Shown: piece by piece, positions 48,299 to 58,788 of the stretch
Layout of the letters: every line of letters starts with the position of its first letter
Position numbering within the stretch: the first letter of the stretch is position 1
Virus record (IMG/VR): IMGVR_UViG_3300010413_000013
Location: 1 to 64,000 of that record
Origin: a virus
Direction: 5' to 3' (one strand)
Length of the DNA stretch: 64,000 nt
Notes under the pieces: generated by a model
The model's input: the letters and a program-made list of their open reading frames with translations, nothing else
What the model was told of the DNA's origin: nothing
Databases searched by the model: none
Translations under genes and position numbers: made by a program

Positions 48299-51200
48299 TT
48301 ATAGATTAGGGTTTGTTTCTTTTTGACTTGCTATTGCATCAGCAATTACTTTACTATCAAGTTGGACTATTACTCTATACTCTCCGTCTACCATTTGTAC
48401 AGGTATTCCATCTCTTCTCATTTCTGCTACAATTCTTTCTGCTAAATCCTGATTATCATCAATGGAGCCTACTTCTACTTGTACTTGTTTAATAGCATCC
48501 AAACCAGCTTGATAGATATCCTTATATTGTGCTTCATCAGCAGCAAATTGTTTCATAAAAGGTAGATAACTATTTTCAAAGTAGGAGTAGAGTTTATCCA
48601 ATCCTTCAGCATTCTGAGTAGTAGACAACATCCTTTCAAAAATACCTCTAATGTTTTGGGTAGTCTGTACTGGTGCTAAATCAGAAGTACTAAGTCTATC
48701 TTTAAAATCTTGGAAACCTTTTCCAATATCTGCCATAGTATCAAGGAAACCTTCAGACAGTGTATCAGAATATGCTTCTATTACTCTCCTAATTGCTTCC
48801 GGTTCTCTTGCTCTAATGTTATTTAGTTCTTGTGTGCTTCCTCCTAGTTCTTTCATTGTTTCTATAAAACTATCAAACTGATTTTCTACACCTTCTATAG
48901 CAGATTCTAAAGCAGTAGAATCTCCAAGTAGGGACTTCATGTAATAAACAACATCAGTAAACACATTTCTTCTCTTTTGTGCATACAATGCTGTTAATTT
49001 GTTAGCTGCTGTAGTTCTTTGTAAGTCTACAGTTGCTATCAAAGAAGAAGCAGCACCAAGTTCTTTCAATCTCTCTATTGCATTATCAAAAGTATCTGTC
49101 ATACTTGAAAAAGCTGCTTCTTCTTCATTTTGTACTCTTCCTAAATTTCTAGTGTATTTAGTAATATCTTCGTAAGTACTTTGAATATTTTTAAAATTTA
49201 TTCTAGCTGCTTCTGCTGCTCTGGCTGCTTCTGCTTGTGCTAGTTCTGCTGCTCTCCTTGCTTGTTCTGCTCTAAGTTGTGCTTCTCTTGCTCTAGCTTC
49301 TGCTTCTGCTTTCCTTGCTGCTTCTTGCTGTTCTATATATCCATAGTAAGAATCTAACGAAGATATCATTCCCAATAAAGAAGTATAAGTTTGTCTACCA
49401 GCATTACTTGTAAGATCCAACGTCTTTATAAGTTTAACAAACTCTTCTCTAGTTCTTGGCAATGCTAGACCAAGATCGTTAAAAGCATGATGTATTTCTG
49501 TAGACTGTAAGCTAAATCTTTGTGTATCAGTTAAAAAGACATTTACAAAGTTATCTACTGAAGCAGCTAATTCATCAAAACCTCCAGCAGCAGCAATTAG
49601 GTTAGAAGCATCTACATAGCCTAGACTTCTTCCCTTTATTCCTGTACTTCTTACCATCTCATTTACATTAGTAGTAACAAATACTCTTCTTACTTGTTCA
49701 TAGGCACTATTAAATACTGCTATCATATCCTTCTGCACCATCTCTGCCCATTGGGTAGCTTGTGCATCCAGATCACCTTGTAGATCTAGCTTCATCCCCT
49801 TAGTACTAAATTCTATATTACTACCAGCTAACTTATCTTTTAACATATCTCCAAATTCATCTGGCAATGCAGCTATAGTTTGATCTGCAAGCTGGTAGAC
49901 TTCCTCTGCTGCTGCATTTACTATATCATGTAATGCTTCTGCTCCCTGTACTTGCCAAGAATCTTCTGCCCACCTATCCTTATGCCACTGTACAGTACCG
50001 GATAGTAAATCACTACCCCACTTCTCTGTTCTGTTCTCTGTAAATGGACCTATAGTAGTATTTGGTTTTCCTCCACCACCAAACAAAGAACCAAGAAGAC
50101 CACCTCCTAAAGATCCTAAAAAGCTACCAATGCCGGGAAGTATTGCTGATCCTATAGCACCACCGATAGAAGCACCAAGATCAGCAAAGCTGTCTTCTTT
50201 GAAGATTCCTAATGCTTGTCCTATTTTTCCTACTCCAAAACCCATTCCCAAACCAGTAAAACCGTCTAGTATTTTTCCACTCAAACCTAGTAGATCACCT
50301 AGACCATTCAACATATTCTTTCCAGTACTCCACAGATTCCCACCAAAAGAAATTATATCAGTCCAAAGTCCTTTAAGTCCACCTCCTATTGCTCCTAATA
50401 ATCCACCACTAGCCCATCCACCAGTGATACCACCAGTAAGACCACCAAGCAAACCTTGGAAGATATTCATTTGACTACTAGCTGCTGCCATTTCTGCAAG
50501 TGTTCTAATGAAGTAATCCAACATCCTATCAGCAAAATCTTCAAATGTGTTTAACTGCCCTCTAAAAATATCATAGTAGACATCTGCTGTAGCATTCTGC
50601 ACTCTTTCTAAAAATATTTTATTCGCTATATCACAGTTTTCTAGAGTTTCCTCATACTTCATTCCTACATTTACTTCTATATCTTCACTCATTGCCTCTG
50701 TAGTTCTTTCAAAAGATGCTTCTACATCTTTAAATCCTGCTTCTGGAAAGAATGCTTCTTGAACACTCTTCTGTAAATCTGTACTAAATTTAATATCACT
50801 AAGAGTAGGAATTTTTAATTCAAAACTATCAAGATCTTTAATGATGTTACTAATCTCCTTACCTGCAACTTCTGCTTCTTCTCCTACACCTTTTAAAGAG
50901 TCTTCCAAATCATCTAAGGAAGAAGAAAAACGATCTGTTTGTAGAGATGCTTCTTTAAAGAAACCACCAAGTAATATTCCCTTTGCTTCATCACCAAACT
51001 TGATATCGGCTAGTGTTTGCGTTTGTACTGCAACATTTTCTAAACCATCTGCAACAGCATTAAAAGTATTTGCTACTTCTTCTGCACTTTCAGCCATAGT
51101 CTTTACTGGCTTTGCTTCTTTTAGTTGTTCTCTCAATACTGATAATTTCTTTTGTAATTCCCCTATTCTTTTTTCATCTTCTTCAATAGGAACACCAAAT

Positions 51201-52498
51201 ACCCACCTCCAAAAACCACTATCAGTTCTAGCTTTCAGTTTGTCTAATTCAGTTACTACTTTTGATATTTCTTTTTCAATAGTAATTTTTCGTATGTTTT
51301 TTTCATAGTCTTCCATTGCTTTAGCTAACTCTTCAGTAGACATAGTAGCAGCTTCAAGCATGGTTAATTGTCCTTCATCTATTAGAAAGAGCACATCCCT
51401 ATCAGTAATTTTATACAAAGTTTCTATTGCTTTTAGAAATTGGTTTACATATCCCATTCTATCTAATACAGACTGTATAAAAGTTTCGCCTTTTTCTTCT
51501 GCATCTTCTTCAGCTTTACTTAAACCAAAAAGTCTAGTAATTATATTATCAAAAGCACCTACTACTCTTGCTGATATGGATACTATTCTAGTTAAGCCTA
51601 CATATAATTCTCCAAAGGATTCTGCTATATTTGAAATCATACTTCTTAATGCAGTTCCTTTTACCATATCAGTAAGATCTTTTAATGCTTCTGTTGTACC
51701 CATAACAGCTTTAGAAAATCCTGCTAAAAAAGCTTTTCCAAATTCAGTTTTAAGATTTTCTATATACCTACGCATGGAAAGTAATTGCTTCCCTGCTTTA
51801 GTCATTGCTGCTTCATATGATCCTTGTATAGCTACTGCTTGTTCATATACAGCATTTAATTTTGCTTGCATCCTTTCATTATCATTTAATTCATCAGTAG
51901 TTTTATTCATACTATCTGCTAGCTTTTGATATGACTGCTCAAAGCTAACATTTAAACCCATTGTCCGTAGTACTCTAATCTGTCCAGTTTGTAGACCATA
52001 AATTAATTGTTCATAAGCAGCAGAAGAATCCATGTTAGCAATTACTGCTGCATCTTGTGCTATCCTTGCAAGCTTGGTAGCATCAGTAAAATCTATTTGC
52101 GCTTGCATTGCTCTAATAGTATTTTGCCTTGCTTGCGTAGAAGTAATACCTAGCTTTTCTAGAGATTCTACTACTTCATACAATTCCTTTGAAGTGTGTC
52201 CTGCTGTTTGCCCCATTCGTTCCAGAACTACATCTAGCACCTCCTCCCTAGCAGCTAATAGAGTAGACTCCTTTATAAGATCAATTGCTTTTCTAAATGT
52301 GTGTATAGCAGTAGTAACCGCTGCTAATGCCAGTAGCCAATGTGACTTTAGCTTTGTAACCCATCCCATAGAAGACTTTGCGGTAGCACCAGTAGTAGCT
52401 TCTAGTTGATTAACTGATCCTACAGCTTGTTTCATCCCTTTGACAAATTGGGTATTATCTACTCCTAATTTAGCTATCAGGTTTCCTATAGTAGCCAC
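48299..52498 (-). CDS. Tail tape measure protein
   Basis: 1399 aa; MATIGNLIAKLGVD start, helical, Gly-rich hydrophobic segment. Confidence 0.92.
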   Translation of the reverse strand: MATIGNLIAKLGVDNTQFVKGMKQAVGSVNQLEATTGATAKSSMGWVTKLKSHWLLALAAVTTAIHTFRKAIDLIKESTLLAAREEVLDVVLERMGQTAGHTSKELYEVVESLEKLGITSTQARQNTIRAMQAQIDFTDATKLARIAQDAAVIANMDSSAAYEQLIYGLQTGQIRVLRTMGLNVSFEQSYQKLADSMNKTTDELNDNERMQAKLNAVYEQAVAIQGSYEAAMTKAGKQLLSMRRYIENLKTEFGKAFLAGFSKAVMGTTEALKDLTDMVKGTALRSMISNIAESFGELYVGLTRIVSISARVVGAFDNIITRLFGLSKAEEDAEEKGETFIQSVLDRMGYVNQFLKAIETLYKITDRDVLFLIDEGQLTMLEAATMSTEELAKAMEDYEKNIRKITIEKEISKVVTELDKLKARTDSGFWRWVFGVPIEEDEKRIGELQKKLSVLREQLKEAKPVKTMAESAEEVANTFNAVADGLENVAVQTQTLADIKFGDEAKGILLGGFFKEASLQTDRFSSSLDDLEDSLKGVGEEAEVAGKEISNIIKDLDSFELKIPTLSDIKFSTDLQKSVQEAFFPEAGFKDVEASFERTTEAMSEDIEVNVGMKYEETLENCDIANKIFLERVQNATADVYYDIFRGQLNTFEDFADRMLDYFIRTLAEMAAASSQMNIFQGLLGGLTGGITGGWASGGLLGAIGGGLKGLWTDIISFGGNLWSTGKNMLNGLGDLLGLSGKILDGFTGLGMGFGVGKIGQALGIFKEDSFADLGASIGGAIGSAILPGIGSFLGSLGGGLLGSLFGGGGKPNTTIGPFTENRTEKWGSDLLSGTVQWHKDRWAEDSWQVQGAEALHDIVNAAAEEVYQLADQTIAALPDEFGDMLKDKLAGSNIEFSTKGMKLDLQGDLDAQATQWAEMVQKDMIAVFNSAYEQVRRVFVTTNVNEMVRSTGIKGRSLGYVDASNLIAAAGGFDELAASVDNFVNVFLTDTQRFSLQSTEIHHAFNDLGLALPRTREEFVKLIKTLDLTSNAGRQTYTSLLGMISSLDSYYGYIEQQEAARKAEAEARAREAQLRAEQARRAAELAQAEAARAAEAARINFKNIQSTYEDITKYTRNLGRVQNEEEAAFSSMTDTFDNAIERLKELGAASSLIATVDLQRTTAANKLTALYAQKRRNVFTDVVYYMKSLLGDSTALESAIEGVENQFDSFIETMKELGGSTQELNNIRAREPEAIRRVIEAYSDTLSEGFLDTMADIGKGFQDFKDRLSTSDLAPVQTTQNIRGIFERMLSTTQNAEGLDKLYSYFENSYLPFMKQFAADEAQYKDIYQAGLDAIKQVQVEVGSIDDNQDLAERIVAEMRRDGIPVQMVDGEYRVIVQLDSKVIADAIASQKETNPNL

Positions 52499-52500
52499 TG

Positions 52501-52839
52501 CTATTTACGCCTCACTCTTTTTATTCTCTTCTGTTTATTCTTATGGCTTTCATTTACATCCTTGGCAAATGCTTTAAGTGCTTCTCTAGCTTTTGCCATG
52601 CTCTCTTCCGGTACTTCAAAAAATTGTTTTTCTAATTCTTCTAAGTCCGGTAAATAATCTTCTACCTTATATACTTTGTTTGATCCTTTCTTTTGTGGAG
52701 TAGTATTAAGAATTGTACACACTATCATAATTGTTCTTCTTAATTCTTCTCTAGGACCAAAAGGTTCGAGTAGATGAAATGCTTTCCAATACTTTAATTC
52801 TTTAGCAGACATTCTAGAAAGCATTTCATCTACTGTCAT
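52501..52839 (-). CDS. Tail assembly chaperone, frameshifted (GT) part
   Basis: The -1 frame is open from the slippery site (KLILRPERIFYHRLAGHLGMTVDEM...). Confidence 0.8.
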   Translation of the reverse strand: MTVDEMLSRMSAKELKYWKAFHLLEPFGPREELRRTIMIVCTILNTTPQKKGSNKVYKVEDYLPDLEELEKQFFEVPEESMAKAREALKAFAKDVNESHKNKQKRIKRVRRK

Positions 52840-52889
52840 CCCTAAATGCCCGGCCAGTCGATGGTAGAATATTCGTTCTGGTCGGAGTA

Positions 52890-53300
52890 TCAGTTTCCCA
52901 CTAGTTCTTCTACATCATCATCAGTCATACCAGAAAGTCTTTGTGCTACCTCAAATACTCTATTGATAGCTTTACCAGACTTCTCTCCTAGTTTCTCTAT
53001 ATCTTCTCCTTTAAAAATCCTTTTCCCATTTTCATTTCTAATACACCTTGCACAAAGCCTAGCTCTTAGATTTGCGAGATTCCTTTTAGTATTTCTACCT
53101 TTACCAGTAGTAATCATAGTTTCCTCAAAGGCATCACGTTCCTTTGCTGTTAAACCATATACCCAAACACTTCCTCCCCACTCTGGAACTTCTACTAATT
53201 CACTCACTACATCTTGTACATTAAATATTTCATCTTTGGTTAAAATCTTAACCTTTGCTTCTACTATTTCTACTTCTTCCGTTTTTTTCTCGTCTTCCAT
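52890..53300 (-). CDS. Tail assembly chaperone (gpG-like)
   Basis: VEVPEWGGSV.V.GLTAKERD; ends with the G GGA AAC TGA slippery heptamer. Confidence 0.85.
   Translation of the reverse strand: MEDEKKTEEVEIVEAKVKILTKDEIFNVQDVVSELVEVPEWGGSVWVYGLTAKERDAFEETMITTGKGRNTKRNLANLRARLCARCIRNENGKRIFKGEDIEKLGEKSGKAINRVFEVAQRLSGMTDDDVEELVGN
52893..52899 (-). other. -1 programmed ribosomal frameshift site GGGAAAC
   Basis: X XXY YYZ heptamer just before the TGA stop; joins the two chaperone ORFs. Confidence 0.85.
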
Positions 53301-53347
53301 GTTTTTCTCCTTTTTAAGAAATGCCGTTTGTTTTCATTAAATTGTTA

Positions 53348-53770
53348 TTATGAACTTACACTGATTGCACCGGAAACTTTTAACGTAACATTAATAGTAA
53401 TCTTATCATCCAAAGGAACATCCAACGGTAGATCAGTAACATAAGCAGCAAATTCCAAAGTAGTAGCAGCAGAATCAGGTAAGACAATTTGATAATTTAC
53501 AGAAGTATCTGTATCAAAATCATCCTTCATGTCTTCATAACCTTGGTGTGTAAAGTTCATTACTAGTGATACTTCACCGGGATCTCTGAAAGCACTGATA
53601 AATTCCCGATAACCTCCAGCAGAATCTAGGGAAGTAACATCAATGAAAGCTCTTGACATACTAGGACCAGAAATACTATTTACTTCTGCTACTGCCGTAA
53701 AGCTTTCATTACTTGTTCCATCACCTCTTTTAAATGATGCACCGACACCACTAATTGCATTTGTAGTCAT
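53348..53770 (-). CDS. Major tail tube protein
   Basis: ISGP...IDVTSLDS.GGYREFI...RDPGEV...TLKVSG. Confidence 0.88.
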   Translation of the reverse strand: MTTNAISGVGASFKRGDGTSNESFTAVAEVNSISGPSMSRAFIDVTSLDSAGGYREFISAFRDPGEVSLVMNFTHQGYEDMKDDFDTDTSVNYQIVLPDSAATTLEFAAYVTDLPLDVPLDDKITINVTLKVSGAISVSS

Positions 53771-53792
53771 AACTTAAAAACAAGCCTCCTTT

Positions 53793-54185
53793 TTACTCTG
53801 TTCTATTTATCTCAAAATTAATACTCCACTTATATCTACCTCTATCATCCTGACCTAGATTGATAGGTTCAGAAACTTGAAAAACAGATATATATCTAGT
53901 ACCTCCTATAGTTACATTATGCTTTCCATGTAGAGCAGTAGTAATACTTCTACATAGTGCATAAGATTCTTCATATTGGTTAATCTTCCCTCTAACTTCT
54001 ATCATCACTCTAGGAAATTCATCTACTCTACTTGCATCTGGAAATGGTCTACCTCCACCAGAATCATATATGCATATACATTCATCCGGCACATCTGGCA
54101 TAGATCCTATAAATAGATCTGTACCAAAAGTAAATAAACCAGAAGTATCTAACCAATTCAATAAATCTTTTGATGCTGGATTCAT
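53793..54185 (-). CDS. Tail terminator/completion protein
   Basis: LFIGSMPD.PD...IYDSGG...LGQDD.GR..WSINF. Confidence 0.75.
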   Translation of the reverse strand: MNPASKDLLNWLDTSGLFTFGTDLFIGSMPDVPDECICIYDSGGGRPFPDASRVDEFPRVMIEVRGKINQYEESYALCRSITTALHGKHNVTIGGTRYISVFQVSEPINLGQDDRGRYKWSINFEINRTE

Positions 54186-54766
54186 TTTATTTCAGCTTTC
54201 TTTTTTATAGTGTCTAGTATCTTTTTCTTATGCTTCACTAAAGGTTCTTCTAAAAACTTCCACCTACCGGCTTTTCTTGTACTATAAACCTTTCTTTTAC
54301 TTCCCTTCTCGGGTTTATATATCTTTCCTGTAGGACTTTGCCCTCCTGTCTTACCAGCTCTAGGATTCTCATGTACAAAAGCAGCATAAGAAGCAGAAAA
54401 ACCTATTACAGACATTAGTATAGAAGAATTTCCAACAATTTGTTTTGACTCTTGTACAGCAGCATTATGATCTACTCTAGCTTTTTCTGCTTGTTGGCTT
54501 GTACCATGAAAATTATTTGGTATTCCTCCTTCTGCTACTATTGCTTTTTCCATCCAACCACTAGGAGCAGGACCAATAACATATGCACTATTCTGCAAAT
54601 TACCAGTTACTACTGGACAAATCTGCACTGCTTCTCCTTTAATATAAAGAGCAGCACTAATTAAACCAGAAGCCGTTCTATTATTGATCTTCTTAATCTC
54701 ACTATTAATATTCTTAATAGTTTCTTCTATTCCCTTCCACTCTATTATTTTTGTTTGCTGTACCAT
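54182..54766 (-). CDS. HK97 gp10-like neck protein
   Basis: CPVVTGNLQNS, YAAFVHE, WKFLE. Confidence 0.8.
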   Translation of the reverse strand: MVQQTKIIEWKGIEETIKNINSEIKKINNRTASGLISAALYIKGEAVQICPVVTGNLQNSAYVIGPAPSGWMEKAIVAEGGIPNNFHGTSQQAEKARVDHNAAVQESKQIVGNSSILMSVIGFSASYAAFVHENPRAGKTGGQSPTGKIYKPEKGSKRKVYSTRKAGRWKFLEEPLVKHKKKILDTIKKKAEIK

Positions 54767-54770
54767 TCTA

Positions 54771-55130
54771 CTACTCCAAATAATAGAACTTTATAAAATC
54801 AGATCCTAATAGATCTGGTATCTTTCCTGTTCCTATTATCTTTCTAGATGCTGCTACATCTCTAGGACCAGCAGTAGAAGATGATAAATCATCTAAATCT
54901 CCTAAGAACAGGAAACCATCTATTGCCAAGGTAGAGTTAGTAAAAACTTTAGCAGTAGACATTTTCTCTTCTCCATCTAAACCTATCAACAACTTTTCTT
55001 TATCTTCCCATCTACAATCAATCTCTACTGGTGCATCATATGTTTCACCATACCCACTATTAGTAGAAGTCGCCCAATAGACCGCTGTCTGTTTATACTT
55101 CCTCTTCATCCTATTAATTAAAGCACTCAA
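54771..55130 (-). CDS. Head closure protein
   Basis: QTAVYW...PVEIDCRWED; position in the neck module. Confidence 0.7.
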   Translation of the reverse strand: MSALINRMKRKYKQTAVYWATSTNSGYGETYDAPVEIDCRWEDKEKLLIGLDGEEKMSTAKVFTNSTLAIDGFLFLGDLDDLSSSTAGPRDVAASRKIIGTGKIPDLLGSDFIKFYYLE

Positions 55131-55489
55131 TTTATCACCTCAAAGGAACAAGTCTTCTTTCCTGTTTGTGCTAATATACCAGAAGTATCTAGTAGTAATA
55201 CTTGCTGCCCATACATAGTACCCTCCAAACCTTTCCACGTTTGCCCACTATAGGTAGCTTGTGCATCTCCTATCTTCTCTGATACTGCTTCCCTTGCCAA
55301 TGGAGTACATGATACTAGATGTGCTGCATACCATCTAGCAATATTCTTCAATCTTTCGGCAGCATGTATTCCAGTTAGTTTCTCTGTTACTATTGAATTT
55401 GCTACTTCACAAAATGGATCTAATTGTGCAGAAGTCAAATCTGTATCCATTATCTCCAATACATCAGCACCAGTTACATAATTTGTCAT
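55127..55489 (-). CDS. Head-tail adaptor
   Basis: WYAAHL, SEKIGD, L.GT.YGQ..LLLD.SG. Confidence 0.75.
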   Translation of the reverse strand: MTNYVTGADVLEIMDTDLTSAQLDPFCEVANSIVTEKLTGIHAAERLKNIARWYAAHLVSCTPLAREAVSEKIGDAQATYSGQTWKGLEGTMYGQQVLLLDTSGILAQTGKKTCSFEVIN

Positions 55490-56190
55490 TTTACTCCTCC
55501 TTCTTCTTTATAATGCCAGAGTTTAGGAGATACAAAATCTTCTATTTCTTCTTTGTGGTATTCCAAGTCTAAATGTTTTATCATTTCTTCTGTTCCAGTA
55601 AAGTCACCATTGATAGCTTTAAATGGCCAATACTCTATTAGATCTATACTTAACATCTTCATTTCTGCAAATCTCTTCTTGTGTTCATTTATCCAAACCA
55701 TCCAACCATTTCTTTTATTGAATGCTCTCATAAAAGAAGTCTTTAAACAAGAAGAACAAATATCATAGTCATCTCTTCTAACCAAAACCCATTTTGCTTC
55801 TGGAAACATTCTAACCCATATAGGATAGATCAAACAAAGCTTTGCTCCTTTAAAGAACCACACCGATTTACCATCATACCCTTGTCTATATAAAATATCC
55901 ATTACTTCTTTCTTGTGTCTATTACATATCTCCATACTACCATTTGCATCCCAAGTAACTCTATCAATAGGAGGTAATGGATTCTGCCCCATTGGATCTA
56001 CTGCTATACTTTTTAAATATGGTTTAATTACTTTATTTCGGATAGCAGTATTTTCATATTGTCCTTTCTGATTATTGGGAGTGCTACCAACTACTTCTCC
56101 TCCCCATGCTCCGCATCTACTTATTATCCCTGCGGTAAGAGAAGTTCCACTTCTAGCACATCCAGTTATTAGTATAGGTTTATCTTTCAT
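55486..56190 (-). CDS. Sulfotransferase-like protein
   Basis: PILITGCARSGTS (5'-PSB loop), KGQYEN, WFFK, FPEAKWVLVRR...ICSS. Confidence 0.85.
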   Translation of the reverse strand: MKDKPILITGCARSGTSLTAGIISRCGAWGGEVVGSTPNNQKGQYENTAIRNKVIKPYLKSIAVDPMGQNPLPPIDRVTWDANGSMEICNRHKKEVMDILYRQGYDGKSVWFFKGAKLCLIYPIWVRMFPEAKWVLVRRDDYDICSSCLKTSFMRAFNKRNGWMVWINEHKKRFAEMKMLSIDLIEYWPFKAINGDFTGTEEMIKHLDLEYHKEEIEDFVSPKLWHYKEEGGVK

Positions 56191-56921
56191 TAGAAGTCAC
56201 CATTCCATTCTTTTCTAAATACTGCTGGATTCCCTGCATAAACGCCCGGTTCATCTATATTCTTAACTACTACAGATCCCATACCTATAAATACTTTACT
56301 ACAGATATGAATACCATTTCTAATAGTAGAATTTAATCCTATAAAACAATCATTTCCTATTAATGCAGATCCACCTATTACTGTTCCATCAGTAATAATA
56401 TTTCTGTTTCCTATTCTTACATTATGTCCTATATGCACACCACAACCTATTTTAGTTTGACTTCCTATTACTGTATAATCCAAAGTAGCCCTAGCAATAG
56501 TAGAGTTTGCTCCTACTACTACTCCCTTTTTCAAAACAACACTTCCCATGTGTTTTAAACCCACTAATTCATTTTTACTGCTCTTTGGTTTATACACTGC
56601 ATATCGCATTCCTTCATTACCAATAGATGCTGTAGGATGGATATATTCTGCATCAATCATATCTGCTCTATGATCCTTGTCTCTATTTACTTCATTGTGA
56701 TAACGAATAAAATCTGCTATATAGTTTTCTCTAGGAAGTAGTAGACAAGCTTCTTCCTGTACCTCCTCCTTCCTAAGAGTTAATGGAATAAGAATTGCTA
56801 CTTCACAACAGTAGGCTTTTGCAATATTGATTTGTGCTTCAGTTTTAGCATAAGTCATAGCATAGTCTACTAACAAATTAACAGAACAGGTTCTATAGTA
56901 TTTCTTCATCAGATCTAACAT
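56190..56921 (-). CDS. Left-handed beta-helix acyltransferase (LpxD/NeuD-like)
   Basis: Hexapeptide repeats; GANSTIARA.L..TVIG..TKI...VHIGHNV; YAGNPA. Confidence 0.85.
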   Translation of the reverse strand: MLDLMKKYYRTCSVNLLVDYAMTYAKTEAQINIAKAYCCEVAILIPLTLRKEEVQEEACLLLPRENYIADFIRYHNEVNRDKDHRADMIDAEYIHPTASIGNEGMRYAVYKPKSSKNELVGLKHMGSVVLKKGVVVGANSTIARATLDYTVIGSQTKIGCGVHIGHNVRIGNRNIITDGTVIGGSALIGNDCFIGLNSTIRNGIHICSKVFIGMGSVVVKNIDEPGVYAGNPAVFRKEWNGDF

Positions 56922-57630
56922 CTTCCTGCTCCTTTGCCATTATCTCAAAAGGATGTGGTGGTTCTTCTGTTTCTCTGTAGATCTTCTGTACCCAACCTAC
57001 TCCACATTCTTTAATTCTAGGTTTACCATGAAACAGTATTACTCTAGCATCTTTTGGTTTTCTTCCAAACTTGCAATGATGTTTAAAACTATAGTACCCA
57101 TCAAAAACACTTTGTACTGTTTTTATTTTAAATCGTCTTTCTTCTAGTTTATTATAAGTATATCTCTGCTCCATCTTATATTTAAAATCTTCTTCTTTAA
57201 ACATCTTGAATAACCAAGTCCAATTACCATTCCAAATCTGTAAACCAGAACAAAACTTCTCTCCTCTATTCTTTGCTAGTGCTTGTGGTTCAGCCATATA
57301 GAAAACATCTTCTGGACAAGTTAAAGCAATCTCTCCCAATCTATCTATATTATCTACTACCAACATATCAAGACCAGAAGCAATTGTTGGTCCCTTTGTT
57401 CGGAACATTTCTATCATGCTCCACCAGCCGGGAAGATTTTTCTGTAATTTAATTGTTTCCATGTATGGGTAGTCAATTTCTAAATCAGTATAACAAATAA
57501 ATCTATGTGGTATTAATAAATGCTTCTTCACTTGTCTACAAAGTGTAATAGCATCAAACTCTTCAAAATCTCCACCAGATTTAAGTGTTACTACAAAGTT
57601 TACTATTTGTTTTTCAGCTAGATTTGCCAT
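56893..57630 (-). CDS. Glycosyltransferase (GT-A, GT8-like)
   Basis: LKSGG, FICYTD, LPGWWSMIEMF, GLDMLVVDNID, SGL..W, EQ, ILFHGKPR. Confidence 0.8.
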   Translation of the reverse strand: MANLAEKQIVNFVVTLKSGGDFEEFDAITLCRQVKKHLLIPHRFICYTDLEIDYPYMETIKLQKNLPGWWSMIEMFRTKGPTIASGLDMLVVDNIDRLGEIALTCPEDVFYMAEPQALAKNRGEKFCSGLQIWNGNWTWLFKMFKEEDFKYKMEQRYTYNKLEERRFKIKTVQSVFDGYYSFKHHCKFGRKPKDARVILFHGKPRIKECGVGWVQKIYRETEEPPHPFEIMAKEQEDVRSDEEIL

Positions 57631-58153
57631 TTTTGTCTAACCTTTCGTTTGATGGAATTTCTTCCATAAATTTAGCTGGATTACCAACATATACTCCATA
57701 GTCATTACACTTGCCTACTACTACTGCTCCTGCTCCTATAAATGTTTCTCTGCCAACAACACATCCCGGTAGTAGTAAAGCACCCATTCCAATTCTTGCT
57801 CCATACATTACTGTAGGAGGAGTAGGATTAAATGGTGCGGTTTCTCTTCTCAAATGTACCATTCGTTTATCATTACCAGAAACTACCATCTGTCCTATAA
57901 ATACTTTATCTCCTATATTCATTCCCTTTGTTATGTTGCATTGTGCTTGAATGAAACAATCTTCTCCTATTGTCAACCATCCTTCTATTACTGTATTATG
58001 CCCTATCTTCGTTCTCTTCCCTACTATTGTTTCTGGTCTAAGTACACAATTATGACCTATAAAAACACCATCCCCAATAATACAACCATCCTCTATTACT
58101 GTATTATGTCCTATTACTACATTCATTCCTATCTTTACATTTTTACCTATCAT
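57614..58153 (-). CDS. Left-handed beta-helix acetyltransferase (WbpD/FdtC-like)
   Basis: Hexapeptide repeats; VFIG..V...ND; GAGAVV; VGNPA. Confidence 0.85.
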   Translation of the reverse strand: MIGKNVKIGMNVVIGHNTVIEDGCIIGDGVFIGHNCVLRPETIVGKRTKIGHNTVIEGWLTIGEDCFIQAQCNITKGMNIGDKVFIGQMVVSGNDKRMVHLRRETAPFNPTPPTVMYGARIGMGALLLPGCVVGRETFIGAGAVVVGKCNDYGVYVGNPAKFMEEIPSNERLDKNGKSS

Positions 58154-58788
58154 AACGTATCTTCCAATCTAACCCTAGGAACTATTAATGGATCTATTGC
58201 TGTTTCTTCTGAAGCATTTACAATCTCTACTTTCAATGCTTTCAAATCTTCTACTATTGTATGCATACATGGTAAATATCTACTTTTATATGCGTGTGGA
58301 ACAGGAGGACTTTTATGATAGTTATGCCAGTTAAAAGTTACTACTCCTTTATGATCTTTCTTCCCCTGCATATCAAAACCTAGTAGTACTATCTTCTTTG
58401 CTCCAAAGTGGTAGGCAACATTTATTGCTGACATTCCACTATTCCCATTCCATGATATAAAACCCGGTTTTGTTTCTACTCCTTTTGGTTTCCCCCTCTT
58501 CCATATCTTTACTACATATAAATGATATAGACGTTGGCAAGAAGTCATCCGTAATCCGGGATATTTTAAAAACTCTTCTCTATTCCATCCCCACCATTTA
58601 CAATCTCCAAAGTAACAAGCATCTACCCAAGTACCAAGTTTAAATGCATCATTTACACCTAATACTCTTCTATCATGTATTAGGTGTAGTGGAGATTGTT
58701 TTAAGCTAGGTCCACCACCTATTACATAGACTGTTTCTCCCTCCCATATTTTAGGAGGGAGAAATCTCCTTTTCTTATCGACATTCAT
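58150..58788 (-). CDS. Maf/DUF115 (MptE-like) sialyltransferase-fold protein
   Basis: YVIGGGPSL, GVNDA, NSGMSAINVAYHFGAKKIVLLGFDM, IVNAS. Confidence 0.75.
   Translation of the reverse strand: MNVDKKRRFLPPKIWEGETVYVIGGGPSLKQSPLHLIHDRRVLGVNDAFKLGTWVDACYFGDCKWWGWNREEFLKYPGLRMTSCQRLYHLYVVKIWKRGKPKGVETKPGFISWNGNSGMSAINVAYHFGAKKIVLLGFDMQGKKDHKGVVTFNWHNYHKSPPVPHAYKSRYLPCMHTIVEDLKALKVEIVNASEETAIDPLIVPRVRLEDTL

Noticed and set aside
52501-53300. Frameshift as a novelty or sequencing error
   Set aside because: It is the well-known lambda G/GT-type tail chaperone -1 frameshift.
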